DNA of 64,000 nucleotides from Phoronis australis. Taxonomy: Eukaryota > Animalia > Phoronida. A model generated the notes under the pieces. That model was given only the letters and a program-made list of their open reading frames with translations. It was not told the origin of the DNA and searched no databases. A program made the translations under genes and the position numbers. Positions 51,663 through 63,400 of the stretch are shown piece by piece (position 1 is the first letter of the stretch; every line of letters starts with the position of its first letter). Where the stretch lies: contig NMRA01000102.1 of NCBI GenBank assembly GCA_002633005.1, forward strand, positions 262,623-326,622, written 5' to 3'.

Positions 51663-51847
51663 CAACCTACCTTCAAACCTGCGGTTGGTAACCACCTGTC
51701 AACCTACCTTCAAACCTGCGGTTGGTAACCACCTGTCAACCTACCTTCAAACCTGCAGTTGGTAACCACTTGTCAACCTACCTTCAAACCTGCGGTTGGT
51801 AACCACCTGTCAACCTACCTTCAAAGCTGCGGTTAGTAACCACCTGT
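51663..51847. repeat. 37-bp tandem repeat x5 spanning the RSPH9 exon 3 splice donor
   Basis: caacctaccttcaaacctgcggttggtaaccacctgt at 51663, 51700, 51737, 51774, 51811. Confidence 0.95.
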
Positions 51848-51948
51848 CCCAAGGCTGTCTTCATGTAGGCGCCTCTTGGTACAATACAAACATCCTCGTC
51901 AATTTCAGCAATGGCAGCTGACAGACGGTCCTCCTCTTTTATAGTTGT
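51819..51948 (-). CDS. RSPH9: RSPH9 exon 3
   Basis: aacag|ACA...GAA G|gtaggt, 130 nt; TTIKEEDRLSAAIAEIDEDVCIVPRGAYMKTALGQVVTNRSFE. Confidence 0.95.
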
Positions 51949-52550
51949 CTGTTATCAAACAAGATGGAAATATTACAAAAATCTATCCTTTGAAATTTGG
52001 ATGATCTTTCTAAAAGTCTCAACCATAGTTTTGTAAAATATGATGATTTTTTTCAGTCACTCCAAAAAGAATTTGAATTATTTACAAAATTCTGTGGGAT
52101 CACCCTGTATTATTATGCCAATTGTGCCTTTAAGGCGATGATTACAGTGATGGGTGATGTTCAAGTTGAAAAATGTCTTAAATTATTTGAATTATGAACA
52201 CTTGGAGCAGAGACTTGATGCTCTTTTATATACCTATGGGCTCATAACATAAAGATACAACTTATATGTATGTTTGTAATAATGTAGATAGTTTAACTGG
52301 GTTAGCCTACAGAAGCACAGCTCAAAAATACAAATTTTGATGAAGTGTAGGTGAATGTGTAAGTATAGGACATGCTAGCAAGTTAGCATTTACCATTTAT
52401 TACCACTGGACAATAAAAATAAGCGACGTACACGGTGTCATCTGATCAGCAGATAAAATTACTATAGAAAATATTTTTCTGACACAATGCTCTGACTAGT
52501 GGTTTAAATACTTTACTTTCAGCAGAAAAAAAAATAAACAACCAACATAC

Positions 52551-52719
52551 TGTCTCCTCCTCTTCCAAGACTTCTTCGTTGTCAGCCAAAGTCTTCTTAA
52601 TCTCGACGTGTTCAAACTCGTAAGATGGATCTCCTGTGAAGCGGCCTTTAGCAAGTTTTGATTCTTTCTTCATTTTTTCAGTGGCGGGTGGGAGCAAACC
52701 CCAACTGACACAATCTTTG
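52551..52719 (-). CDS. RSPH9: RSPH9 exon 2
   Basis: ttctag|C AAA...ACA|gtatgt, 169 nt; KDCVSWGLLPPAT..KGRFTGDPSYEFEH. Confidence 0.95.
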
Positions 52720-53294
52720 CTAGAAATAACAAAAAGTAAAATTCAGTGGTTAATGTTCTTCAGTTGAATCGAAACCGATCCTATCAACAAGGAACAAGGG
52801 CAATTTCTGGGGGATGAAATGTACCCTCAAAGATTAGCCATAAAAAATGAAGTTTTCAACAATTTTGTGAACAAATGAAAGTTGTAGTAGTGCAAAGACA
52901 AAAGTAATGACTCTTTCACATATCCTAGATTTTGTTTTTAAGTCAAAGTCTCTATATTGACTCTATAGCTTCAACAAAATAACATATGAGTGAGTTTTTA
53001 CCAATGCACTTCATGATATTCTTAGTTTCAACTCGAGGCAATTCCTACATCACTTATTTCTAAGGTAAGTTTTTAAGTGAAGTGGTGTCTGCTCAGATTG
53101 GTGTTCAAGTGCTGAGACAAAGTCAAAGATGACTATGTATGAATCACAAATAGTGCATATTATTGTACATATCTTTCTCTTTTGCTTCAATGACCCCACT
53201 CTCTGAAATAACATGTTTCACTAAATGAAAGTGCACCTACATATTTGCTACATGCCTACTAATGGTACTATGGTATTTTAGTCCCAGGGTTTAC

Positions 53295-53521
53295 CTGTAT
53301 AAGGTTCTCTTGTCCATTAATTCGTCATTACCAATGCCCTGTGCGATGTGGTAGTCATCCTTTAGTCCTTTGATTCTGCCCCAGTACTTCACTTTTTTGA
53401 ACTTGTAGTTTGCCTTGAGAATCGCTAGAGATGTTTGTAACGCAGCTTTTTGCTCCACAGACCGAAGAATACCAGAGCTTCCGACATAATCAACATTTAA
53501 ATTAAAACTTTCTCCGTCCAT
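53295..53521 (-). CDS. RSPH9: Radial spoke head protein 9, exon 1
   Basis: MDGESFNLNVDYVGSSGILRSVEQKAALQTSLAILK..YWGRIKGLKDDYHIAQG..KRTLY; 227 nt, AG|gtaa. Confidence 0.95.
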
Positions 53522-54103
53522 AATCGCTTTCAAAACGAATTTTACAAGACTTGTGATATTTTACCGACTTCCACTCTCAGTCTCCAACCAAATGTTGTTT
53601 GTGAAAAATCACCAAGGCAATAAACGCATGCGCATTGATTTCTTTTCGATATCCGGCAATAGCTTTATCCAAAACGTTTCAAAAATGTAGCATAATACAA
53701 TAAAAGGTAATTATTCTAAATTTAAAGTCTTTGAAAACTTTTAAAATGGTTTATATGATATAACATAAAATTATATGTTGTTATTTTGTATTTTTCCAAA
53801 GCATAATCCTTTGATTTACGGAAGCGGCTTCCGGGAGATGTTTCATGGCGAAAGCGGGGTTGGTGCTACATATTTGTATTAATTAGTGGGTGAGAAGTTG
53901 GTGTTGTGGCCTGTCTTTCATCGTTTATTTTCAAACAAGAGCACCTGTTGTATTTATCTGATTATTACTGCCTCAGAACTTAATCAGAACTCATTGACTG
54001 TACTCAGTGGATAACCGGCTAATTCGATACTTTGATGCGACCACAGAGGGCGCCCTCGTCTACAGCTTACCAACGTATCCTGGATTAGTACGTGTACCGT
54101 ACC
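53522..54103. promoter_or_regulatory. Bidirectional promoter region between RSPH9 and MRPL33/NUDT22
   Basis: Head-to-head start codons with 582 bp between them; X-box-like atcaccaaggcaat (53608-21), NRF1-like cgcatgcgca (53625-34), ETS-like ggaag/cttccgg (53820-34). Confidence 0.6.
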
Positions 54104-54298
54104 ATGTCTAAGGGTGGGAAAATTGTTATGGTTCTCTTAGAAAGTTTGGCAGGAACTGGCCATAAAGTTGTGAAACTGCGCCCTAAACTAGCTGATAAAA
54201 TGGAAATTGTTCGTTTTGATCCATGGGTCCAAGAAAGCGTTGTTTATAGAGAGGTAAAGAAAATAAGGACTATGAGAAACATTGGTAAACGTTATTGA
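54104..54298 (+). CDS. MRPL33: Mitochondrial ribosomal protein L33 (bL33m), intronless CDS, 64 aa
   Basis: accATG; MSKGGKIVMVLLESLAGTGHKVVKLRPKLADKMEIVRFDPWVQESVVYREVKKIRTM.. carries the SxAGTG and (Y/F)DPxV...xE signatures of the zinc-less L33 type. Confidence 0.92.
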   Translation: MSKGGKIVMVLLESLAGTGHKVVKLRPKLADKMEIVRFDPWVQESVVYREVKKIRTMRNIGKRY

Positions 54299-54402
54299 CA
54301 GACCAGAACTTTAGGTACTAATCGAACAGTACAAAGAAATAGTTTGGGATTTGCTTGAAAGACACGGACATCTATAGGAAACTTTGTTTTGTGATATACA
54401 CT

Positions 54403-54876
54403 ATGTGTTCCAATTACAACAATGAATTTGAAAACCCTTTGGGAAAATTGATCGGAAAAGAAGATGTCTGTGTTAGTGTCAGTGAACAGTTCAATCGCAA
54501 GCAAATACGTGGAAATTTGGAAAGTGAAATTGAGATGGTGTGGCAAAACAGATTGATGGACAACCCTCGTCTGTTTAATGGAACCAAATTTCGATTGCAT
54601 TCAGTGAGGAAAAGCGAAAGCAATAAGCTTAATCTGTGCATTGGTGTAACTTGTTACAAAGACTTCTTGGGCACAAACTACTCACCGCAAGCAAAGATGC
54701 TGCAAGAACTTGGTATTGAGCAATTCCAAAATTCTCAAGCCTTCTTGTCTGAAGCTATCGGTGTAGGTGCCTTGTTGTTAACATCTGATGACCGAGTGGT
54801 GATAATCAAGCGAAGCAAGCATGTTGCTGAGGATGCTGGGAAATATGATCGACCTGGAGGTCATGCAGAACCGAGC
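54403..54876 (+). CDS. NUDT22: Nudix hydrolase 22 (UDP-glucose pyrophosphatase-like), first large exon
   Basis: W.NRLMDNPRLFNGTKFRLHS..GVTCYKDFLGTN..AIGVGALLLTSD..KRSKHVAEDAGKYDRPGGHAEPS|gtaagt; true start uncertain (frame open from 54343). Confidence 0.92.
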
Positions 54877-55997
54877 GTAAGTTGAAACAGGGAAAAGTGG
54901 AGAGAGATGATAATCCACTCTAGCTAAGTGTGACCAGTAAAGGGAAACTTGCTCACAGTAACTCGCATCCTTGTGCACTTACAGATTTTAATGTGCAAAT
55001 ATGGTAAAATTCAACCTATCTGAAATGACAAATGCACAAATTTTGAATCATCTAACGGTCAAGCTTTGTCCAAGTTATCGCGCCAATTTCAGAAAAAATA
55101 GCTGCCAAAATTGTGCACTTTTCCATTTTTCATAGGTTTCTAATCTTAACAGTGGATGTTTCCAATGGTCTGTTGATAGTTACCATGGTTACTTACAGAA
55201 CTTGAATATGGCTGAGCACTATTTTGGTATAGTTACCATTATACCATATTGTTAGGTACAGAACTTGAATATGGTTAAGCACTATTTTGGTATATCATTT
55301 ATGAAAAAAAGAGAAAATTAAATTTCACCTGTCTACCGTAATGTGTCCTAAATTTGTGAGATTTTATCATTAGCAAAGATCCACCTTTGCTAAAGTTTGA
55401 ATTAGGTACATGTCTGTATCCGTGGTTATTTTGGGAAAAAACAATTGGCTTTACACGTACATTCCCTGGTAGTTACTTACCGGTTTTTTTTTCACTGAAT
55501 AATGAACTTCAGAGTGGATTGCAAAATTTGGGCCCCCTTTAAGTGGCTATTGCCCAGTTTCTGACCAATCTGATGCACATCACATTAGGTCTTGATGCAC
55601 TATCTTGAGTTCTGCCATATTGTAACGTAGTCTGGCCTTTGGATTTTGAAGTCAAGAGCCATGTTATTTGTTGTGTTCAATGACTTTAGTAGTTGGAAAG
55701 ACCAGATATGGGGGGTTTGAATTGACTCCCAGCAATTGTTGCAAAAAATGACATGATTTGTAATTGTTTTCCATGAACAGGATACAAATTTAGCTTTTTC
55801 ATATGTATTTTCAAATATCACCCTGTTTTGAATTCTCATTGTGGTTGGTGTTTCTAATCACTGTGAACCAAAAGCCAGGAAACTGTTCTGAGACCTAGAA
55901 AAACTGACATCAGAGTGAGCAACGGTGAACAAAATGAATTGGTGTTTGATTAATTTACTTTGCATGATGTTCAACTCACATGTAATGTCATTTACAG

Positions 55998-56203
55998 GTA
56001 CTAGTCGGAGATCAGCCTCTTGACCAAATAAACGTTGAACAGTTGTCACCGACAGCAGTAAGGGATGAGCTGTTTAACTCAATAGTTTGTGAAGTTCGGG
56101 ATGAAGTGAACATCCCAGAGACAGTAGTGTCTGATCCCCTGCTACTGGGTGTCTACCGTAACCCTGCAAGTGCTGGCAGACCTGGTCTGGAGTTCCTTGT
56201 CCG
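55998..56203 (+). CDS. NUDT22: NUDT22 exon
   Basis: ttacag|GTA...CG|gtgaga, 206 nt; ..VRDELFNSIVCEVRDEVNIP..LLLGVYRNPASAGRPGLEFLV. Confidence 0.93.
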
Positions 56204-56610
56204 GTGAGAAATTAGTCACATTTTGCATTCGTTCAGTACATCTTCACCTATTTTGCATGCTTATAGGTCAGTTATTGTAATTACCATATAAAAAATGATA
56301 TTGCACTTTTCAATTGAGTGTAGCATAGAAGTTAGGTATGTTAGTGTTTGTGAAATGAAAATTACAAATTTGGAAGTTATGTGAAAAAAGCTGAAAAGTT
56401 ATGGAAAGGGTGTGGTGAGGAGACCCAAGCCCCTTGTTGTTCACACTGTCAATATAAGACTTCACTCAAATGTGATTATATAAGTATTAGTTGTTATGGG
56501 TTAGATATTTTACATTGCGAGTCTTCCTTGTTTGACGTTAAGATGAAAACTGACTTGTGTAATTTTTATTTAAAACAGAATTGGCTTGTTTTGCCTGGTG
56601 TCCTTCAATA

Positions 56611-59126
56611 CAGGGCTCGACATAACTAGCTGCAGGTCGTATTTGCTACCTGAAGTTTGAAAATGCGAGCTGAGATTTTTGCCAGCGACCTGGCATTTCC
56701 AACGTATGCGAGCTGAGTTTTCACACTTCTTGGCAGATGTCTGGCAAATATAAAGCAATTCGTGTGAATCCGACCGTTATTTGGTTGTTGCCAAATCAAG
56801 TTCAAAAGAACACTAACTGAGAACAGCCCTCCTCATGACTTGTCAACATATTGCACAAACATGGGATAATGCAGAATCGATCTTTGACGCGTTTTATTGT
56901 CTAACACTTTTGGCTACATATACAAATTTCCGGATGCGCCGAAGAAAATTTTGGACCACGGCTTAACACGTGATTTAATGTCACAAAACAGCGGTGTTTC
57001 TACTAATTCTTAAAGGATCAACATATTACGTTTTCAGATAAGATCCCCTTATTATCAAATATCTATGACGATATCCCTGATATTGCGCTGCGACGCTGGT
57101 CTATCCCGTTGTGAGCGTGCAAGGCGTCCCGTGGCAGACGATTGTGACTTGGAAATGTGCATCTCAGCGTCTCGCTTTTTTATCGGAAAAGTCTGCAAAA
57201 ATAAAAATAACCACCCTATTTAATCGTCAAACAAGAGCCACGTCTTTCTACTTTCAGCTAAGTAGCTTTGAGTCGCCAAGAAATTCTCATACCATTTACC
57301 TGTTTTTAAGGCTACGTTCGCGACATATGAGCCATCTGTCACTTGTTGTTACTGACGTAAACTGCAGGCTTACTCCAGCAATTCAAGACCGTGAACTCAA
57401 GCGTGCGCACCACTCCAAAGCTGCATAACAAAACACAACAGCAACAGTCCTAAATGAAAGAGTATACCGGCTTGGCTCTTTTAAGTGCCCGGGTGACAGT
57501 GGTTTACTTGACAATGAACTTAAAGTTCCCGGCAGTTATAAAATAGCCGATGCTTTACGATATTCCTGGGGAAGGATGTAGCTCAGAACTGATATTTTCC
57601 TGTTCCGATGTTGCCCAGGTCAATGCTCACTAGGTCCAAAGTTCTATGCCTGTAATCAGCTATTCGGCAACTAAATGGGAAAAAGTGAAATTTTGGTTCG
57701 CGAACTTTTTAGTCTTCTCTTTTTACATCCCCCCGTCAAGTTTTTGCTCCCCAGACCACGCAGTAAAATTAATTTTCAGACTCCAATAGAAAGAATCTTG
57801 ATCTGGCTAAAGTGGGCAATTACAAACAAAATTATTGCGGGTGGCTAAAAAGGATACAGTGTAGGTGGTAATGATAGCCAGAAAGTCACCCCTACTAGAT
57901 GGAGTTTGCCACGTAATAATAACATTTCTTTCCATTGCAGTCTCTCAATATTAACACTCAGATTAATGATTCTGCCCACCCATGTGCCTACTCCCTACCT
58001 TTGAAGTGTTTCATAATAAGCGCTCACTGATCTACTAAGCGTACCCCTCAACTTTTGAGAATTTCCTATTAAGCGCCCACAGTTCAGGCTAGCGCCCATC
58101 ATATCGCACTACAAACAACGGTGCATGGTTTGAAATTGACACGCAGCTGATTGTGAGCCACAACAACAAATTTAATTTTCAAAAAACGTCCTTTCTCAAT
58201 TATGTAAAAACTAAACCCCGACATTGTTTTTTGCCTCCGAAAGAAAGTTACCACTGGTGGCATGCGTGTCATTTGTGACTGACCTATTTTTCCGTACATG
58301 GAAGGTGTTGAGGAGCTAACTTGGATTATGCGATGAAAATCTGCACGGAGTCTGGAATTATTTCGAGGCTTTTCATTTCACGAAAATTAAGTGTTGAGTA
58401 TGTAAACAGCATAGGTACCACACTTTTGTGAAATTTGCACTGAATTGTACTCGCACATCTGAATCTGTCATTGGGCTAGGATAACGTTTCACAGATTTTT
58501 TTCGACAAGTGGCGAGTTAAGTTGAAAAGTTTGGGCTACAAACATAAAAATGGAGAGAGTTTGCACTCAGAGTTAGATTGGATCTTTTACGACTTTGATG
58601 GCTGTCATATATCAGGTCAGACCTAGCAAAATCGCGGATACTTTTTCAACAAGTATTTTCTCCCTTTTCACATTGGAAACTTGGTTATTTGAATGCTCCT
58701 GTCGGTTAGAGAGCACTGATTCAACTTTCATTTCGGCAACTAGCTTTGCACTCTGGAGCCTTTCAATAGCTGTCGTAAAGAATAGTAACACCGTACCTGT
58801 ATATAACAACCGAATTTTTGACCTGAAATTTGTGAGTATTTAACGCAGCATGTAAGACCATCATCTAAACATAAATTTCTTGATGATCTAAAAAAAATCG
58901 ATTTTGGCACGTAAAAATGGCGGGAAAGTATTTAACGTTGCATGTAAGACCATCATCTAAACATAAATTTCTCGATGATCTAAAAAATCAATTTTGGCGC
59001 GTAAAAATAGCGGGAATTTTTTGCGACCTGGCATTTATGAATGCGAGCTGGATTTTGAAAATGTAACCTGGGATTTTAACTATGTCGCAAAATGCAACCT
59101 GGTGATTTTCATGACGTCAAGCCCTG
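56611..59126 (+). mobile_element. About 2.5-kb non-autonomous CAGGG..CCCTG element, copy B (NUDT22 intron)
   Basis: Termini cagggctcgac / gtcaagccctg; no clear TSD; inverted relative to copy A; a further fragment lies at about 13550-13880. Confidence 0.8.
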
Positions 59127-60002
59127 CAGTTCTAATGACGTTACTACCTATGCATGTTTGAACAGCCTAAAATTATTTCAGCTCCACATGTTTTTTGCAT
59201 ATTTACATTGTAGATACGTTTATTGTTTTGATAGTCACATGTTAAGCAAGTGAAAATAATACACAAGGCGAAATCAGATTTGCCATAAATTATTGCGGTA
59301 AATTGGTTTCTCACCGCGACATTGCTGACAACTCGAAAAGCAGAAACCGCTCTTTATGTTTCGGAGGAACGAAAATTGTAATTGCAGGTCACAGGTGCTC
59401 GAATTTGCTGATGACGTAACCATATATAAGAAACGTTTTCTTAGTTGTGACATCAGTGGCAATCAAGGAACAGATATATTCAAGCGCCTGTGCCTGGGAT
59501 AGCGTGGTTTATCAATGGTGTCTGCATTTGTTATAAAATCGCGGTGACAAATAGTACGATTCTGCAGTCAAAAATGCATGGAGCATAGAGTAGACTGAAT
59601 ATTTTGTTGAAAAAGTGGATAAAAGAAACTGTCAATGTCTTCACAAACCAAGGTTTGTGCTCTGTAAACTTTGTGAGAGGAACAATAACGGAGTGCGTGG
59701 CCCAGTCGCCTTGGACTAAGTTGGGAGTCAGAGGGCTGACTGAAAACGATGAAACACTAGAAATAACAAGGTTTCCTGAAAGGAAATTCAACCGTAACCA
59801 GTTATTCATTGGATTGGAATCATGGGATGTGAGTGATGTGTGAAATTCTTTTGTTTGATCCCGCATGCACGCCCGTTGCTGTTGGCTGCTAGACCTGACC
59901 GCCTGAGTGCGATTTTCTACGTGCCGCCGAAACGGGATACAAAGTGCTATTTTCGTTACTGCAAACCCAGATTATGTCGTGAAAGCACATAATACAGTTT
60001 GA

Positions 60003-60193
60003 ACTTTGGTTGAGGAGTGTCCCCTCTGAGTACCCAACCTGCTCTTTGGTTGAGGAGTGTCCCCCCTGAATACCCAATCTGCTTTTTAGTTGAGTGTCCC
60101 CCTGAATACCCATCCTGCTCTTTGGTTGAGGAGTGTCCCCCCTGAATACCCAATCTGCTTTTTAGTTGAGTGTCCCCCTGAATACCCAACCTG
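60003..60193. repeat. Compound minisatellite of about 34-40 bp
   Basis: ctttggttgaggagtgtccccc..gaatacccaa(t/c)ctgct units. Confidence 0.85.
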
Positions 60194-60246
60194 TGCTTCA
60201 AGCTAATGCTAGTTCTGTGATTTATTTTCTGTCTAATATGTTTCAG

Positions 60247-60427
60247 GTGTAGCCTGACATCTCAGCAAGTGTTTGAGCTCTACAGCAAAGGAACTCAAGT
60301 GGAGGCAGATGAATCAACGGCCATCAAATTCTTGAGTCTCTTGGAGTTGAAAAGTGACTTTCAATCAGATAAAATGACTAACAGCTTGAAGTCTGTGCTG
60401 GAGTACTACATGACATTAAAGGCTTAA
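60247..60427 (+). CDS. NUDT22: NUDT22 last exon
   Basis: tttcag|G TGT...TAA; CSLTSQQVFELYSKGTQVEADESTAIKFL..YYMTLKA*; phase 2 fits; total 861 nt = 286 aa from ATG 54403. Confidence 0.9.
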
Positions 60428-63400
60428 TAAAGTCTGTGCTGGAATACTACATGACATTAAAGGCTTTACAGGTTGTTGTTTATGGTGTTTTTGGTTAGTC
60501 TGGGGCATCATATTGCTAGACACCATGTATATTGCTAGACAACATGTTCTTGAGGTATTTGTATAGGTAGTATTATCATGGACAGGAATGCTTAACTTGG
60601 AATATAAACCTTTCTTGGACAGAGGTTACTTTGGAAATTCAAAAACTAAATGTGAAGTTTGGATTTAAACTGACATATGTGCACTAGTGCATCATGTTTT
60701 GGGAAATTGTTTTTATTCTCTAGTAGTGTTGCCATAAATTTTTGAAGTAATGTTGTCATAAATAAGAGCAGTTTGAAAAAAAATGGCCATATTGGCACTT
60801 GTGAGTACTAAACACCTGTACATAGCATACCCTGTTTCCAATAGAGTTTTTAGTCACAAATGCAGAGGTTCATGGCGTAACTTTATTTGTTCTTTAAAAC
60901 TAACTAGGGCACAGCGCCATTATAGGCAAACTAGGGCACAGCGCCATTATAGGCAAACTCATACATGCATACGTCAATGTGTAGATCAGACTTTTACTTC
61001 ATGTGCAGGCCCATAGGAAGGTAAAATTACTCCTACCTGGAATTTCCGTAGATAAGCCCTGGCCATGGGCATGTATTTGGAAAATGGGGCGTGTAAACCG
61101 AAAGCCACTATTTTACTTACAACTGCGTTTTTAAATTTTTTGTTAAATGCATAGTTCACCAATGCCTTGTTAGTTTTTATAAATGATAAATTCTCCATAA
61201 AACTGAATTTGTGACAAAAAGTTGATGCTGAGTGGGCTTTTAGGAGGAAAATTTCCAAATAAATGTCCCACTGTATGGACACTTGACACCAGAAGTTGTA
61301 ACACCAAATAAACACCCATGAGCATGTATTTGGCATAATTTTCTGAAGATACACCCATGGGCGTTTCATCAGGTGGTCTTATCTATGGAAAACCCCTTTA
61401 GCAGTATAGAGACATTCAACTTCGTCATTATCATAATTAAAATGGAATTGTGTCAGCAAATGCACATTCTGCACCATTTTAATGGGAAATCCATAAACAA
61501 GCCTTACAATTAAAAACTCCACAAAAATGGTAAAGCATATAAATTTATTACAGGACAACCAAGTTAAAACTGAGTGAGAGCGCTGATTGTATTACCGAAA
61601 TTGTAGCTTTGCTTTCCTGAATGGGAATTGGCTCCTTTATATACAAGTTCTATTTGCTATGCTCTGTTGTTGTTACCCCAGTAGAGTTGGCCTTGCTGGT
61701 TAGATTAGCAATGCAGTATACACTCTGGATCTATTAAACACTGCGAAATGCATTTACTAAAAGTTTTATTCATGACGAATCCAAATTTGTTTCACAGCAT
61801 GTTACCAAACGCTGTTGAGGCCCAAGTTTTATCCCGAGAGACACCGAGATGGATAGATTTCAAGACTCGCACATTTACCGAAACGAAACTTTCTTCTGCT
61901 TGTGTTAGAATATGAAATTCCGTCGCGAAATCACGGAATTTGTTAGAAAACTTTCAAACTGAACTAAAATTTTCATGCCACGATATCACGTTCAGATTCA
62001 GACGGAATTTAGGAAAACCTGGCTTGTAATCGAATTCAGCGCTTCCGAAAGGGTTAGACAGCCATCCGGGATAACTTTTTTACGAAGCGTCAATTTTCAT
62101 TTGTCTTAAAAGCTTATGTGCGTTCTTTGTGGTAAAGAGGCATTATCATCGTGGATTAAGGACCAATTTGCCCTGAGGGATAGTGTACCCGGTAATGCAT
62201 CCGATAGTTATAACAAGCAAATGCAATTTTGATTCAGTCTTGGGCGGATTTTCCTCCTCGACCGTAAGCAATAAGTTTATGCCCCATTTTAGACGATTGC
62301 GATAATCTAGAAAGCAAATCGTTGATCCAGCGGCTTTGTGTCAAACATTCGTTGCTGGCCAGAAAAAATGTTCCTCGTGTTTTTTGTCCAGTATTTCGCA
62401 CAGATCAAATTTCTCTCAACAAATGTTGAAACATTTCTAAATTACAGGCTAGGCAAGCCAAACTGATACTTTTACTTTAACTATATATTTTGTAAGTTCA
62501 TTAGAGTCAAGTGTCATGCATTTCTTACGATGTCGGTAACTTTTTTATTTATTTTTTTTAACAAGTGTCTATTCAAATTGGAGAAGAAACATATTTTGTT
62601 GAAAGTGAGATTCTTTTCTATTTTGGCGCTGCTTCTTCTCATCTTATGGTGCATTTCTAATTTGTTTATAAAAAGCTACAAAACAAGGAAATTAACCTTT
62701 TAGTTTGTACCAATAAAATAATTAAATTCAAAATTCAAGCCTGATTTTTTAAGAGTTTCTGAGTTTTTTTAACCCTTTTTACGACCACTTGGTACTTTTT
62801 CTGAAAAATAGCAAATAAAAGTACTGGGAAGTATGTGACTTTTTGTCAGCAACAACACATCATTGCTTCATGCTATAGAAAAAATAACTATATAGCAGAA
62901 AGAAGAAAGAATAACATACAAGAAAAATTAGTTCGGGTGGATTTATTGATTTTTATGTCCTCCCATTTTAGCCTACAAAAATGTCATTTTCACTGCTTAT
63001 TATTAAGGCCATTTTTACGCATTTTTATCGCTCTCCCAAATCTATATCGGATTTTCAGTTTTTCAGTTTTGCTCGTGCAAAAATAAAAATCTATTATAGG
63101 ATTACAGAACTCAAAAAAGTCAATTTTAATGTACTGCTGAGTTAATAATACAACTCCCATCACCATTTCATACTTCGGAGAAGCAGGTTATATTCTTATT
63201 AAGGGTGTCCATTCCCCCTTGCTTGGTCACTGTTTTTGAACACCGTAATGGACGAAGAATCCCACACATTGCCTGCAGTGCATGCTGCTCCATTTTTAGA
63301 CCTCCTGGATAGTCCCTGTATATGCGCTTGAAAAGACCTCAAAAACTATTAGCAAAGTTCATACTAAAACTAATCAAGATCTTCGAGATCACAAGTGAAA

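Noticed and set aside
59531-59866. Overlapping ORFs in the NUDT22 intron
   Set aside because: No recognisable domain or splice context; they lie next to a MITE-derived segment similar to 39890-39960
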